Shown: positions 63,615-64,000 of the stretch, piece after piece
Layout of the letters: every line of letters starts with the position of its first letter
How positions within the stretch are numbered: the first letter of the stretch is position 1
From: Octopus sinensis
Taxonomy: Eukaryota
Direction: 5' to 3'
Length of the DNA stretch: 64,000 nucleotides
Assembly: GCF_006345805.1 (NCBI RefSeq)
Contig: NC_042997.1
Location: 92,256,001 to 92,320,000 of the forward strand
The notes under the pieces: generated by a model
What the model saw: only the letters and a program-made list of their open reading frames with translations
What the model was told of the DNA's origin: nothing
Databases searched by the model: none
Made by a program: the position numbers and the translations under genes

Positions 63615-64000
63615 TAATCTGCTGCTCAACACTTATAAAACCCGGCCTGGATGTGTCAAAACCTTGAAGTGTCTCATCGAGTGAATAAAGCAAATAAAAG
63701 AATATACTAAATGTGGTGTTTTACGGTTTTGACAAATCCAAGCCAGGACTTCTAAGTGTAGAGCAGCAGACTGCAAACACTGAAATTGTAATTATCCTTC
63801 AAACAAGAAAAATTGCACACCAGTTGAAGTAGGAAGTAATTCCTAGCATATTTTCCAAATTTTCCATATTTTTTTCAACACTGAACATACATAGGTAGAC
63901 ATTTATTATGACAAAGATATCACTAATTGAGAGTTTTACACAACTAATCCATCAAACCATAACAGAGAGATGTAGGCATGGCTATGTGGTTTAGTAGTTC

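Overview
Eukaryotic, AT-rich, repeat-saturated DNA with no recognisable host protein-coding gene. The tRNA-derived SINE families and the (TACA)n/(TA)n/(CA)n load suggest an octopod cephalopod; this is inference. The window holds decayed or nested transposable elements: three mariner copies (one near-complete) plus a Tc1/maT-like fragment, a degenerate Gypsy LTR element and a probable solo LTR, a hAT element, CR1, RTE and CRE-clade LINE pieces, a Penelope-like element (PLE), Helitron derivatives, a Merlin-like fragment, MITEs and a tandem SINE array. The main hidden signal is a set of type I hammerhead ribozyme (HHR) motifs from about six sequence-distinct families. Nearly all have a palindromic helix III. 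They lie in fold-back insertions (34.2-34.7, 43.6-44.1, 56.5-56.9 kb), in a retrozyme-like unit of about 457 bp (25.1-25.7 kb, homologous to 0.17-0.56 kb with compensatory stem changes), in a short dispersed family, and downstream of the PLE. The hAT element is split within its intron into two oppositely oriented halves that still share a target-site duplication and splice in frame, implying an inversion or a mis-assembly. Folds and alignments were done by eye, and many element boundaries are approximate.
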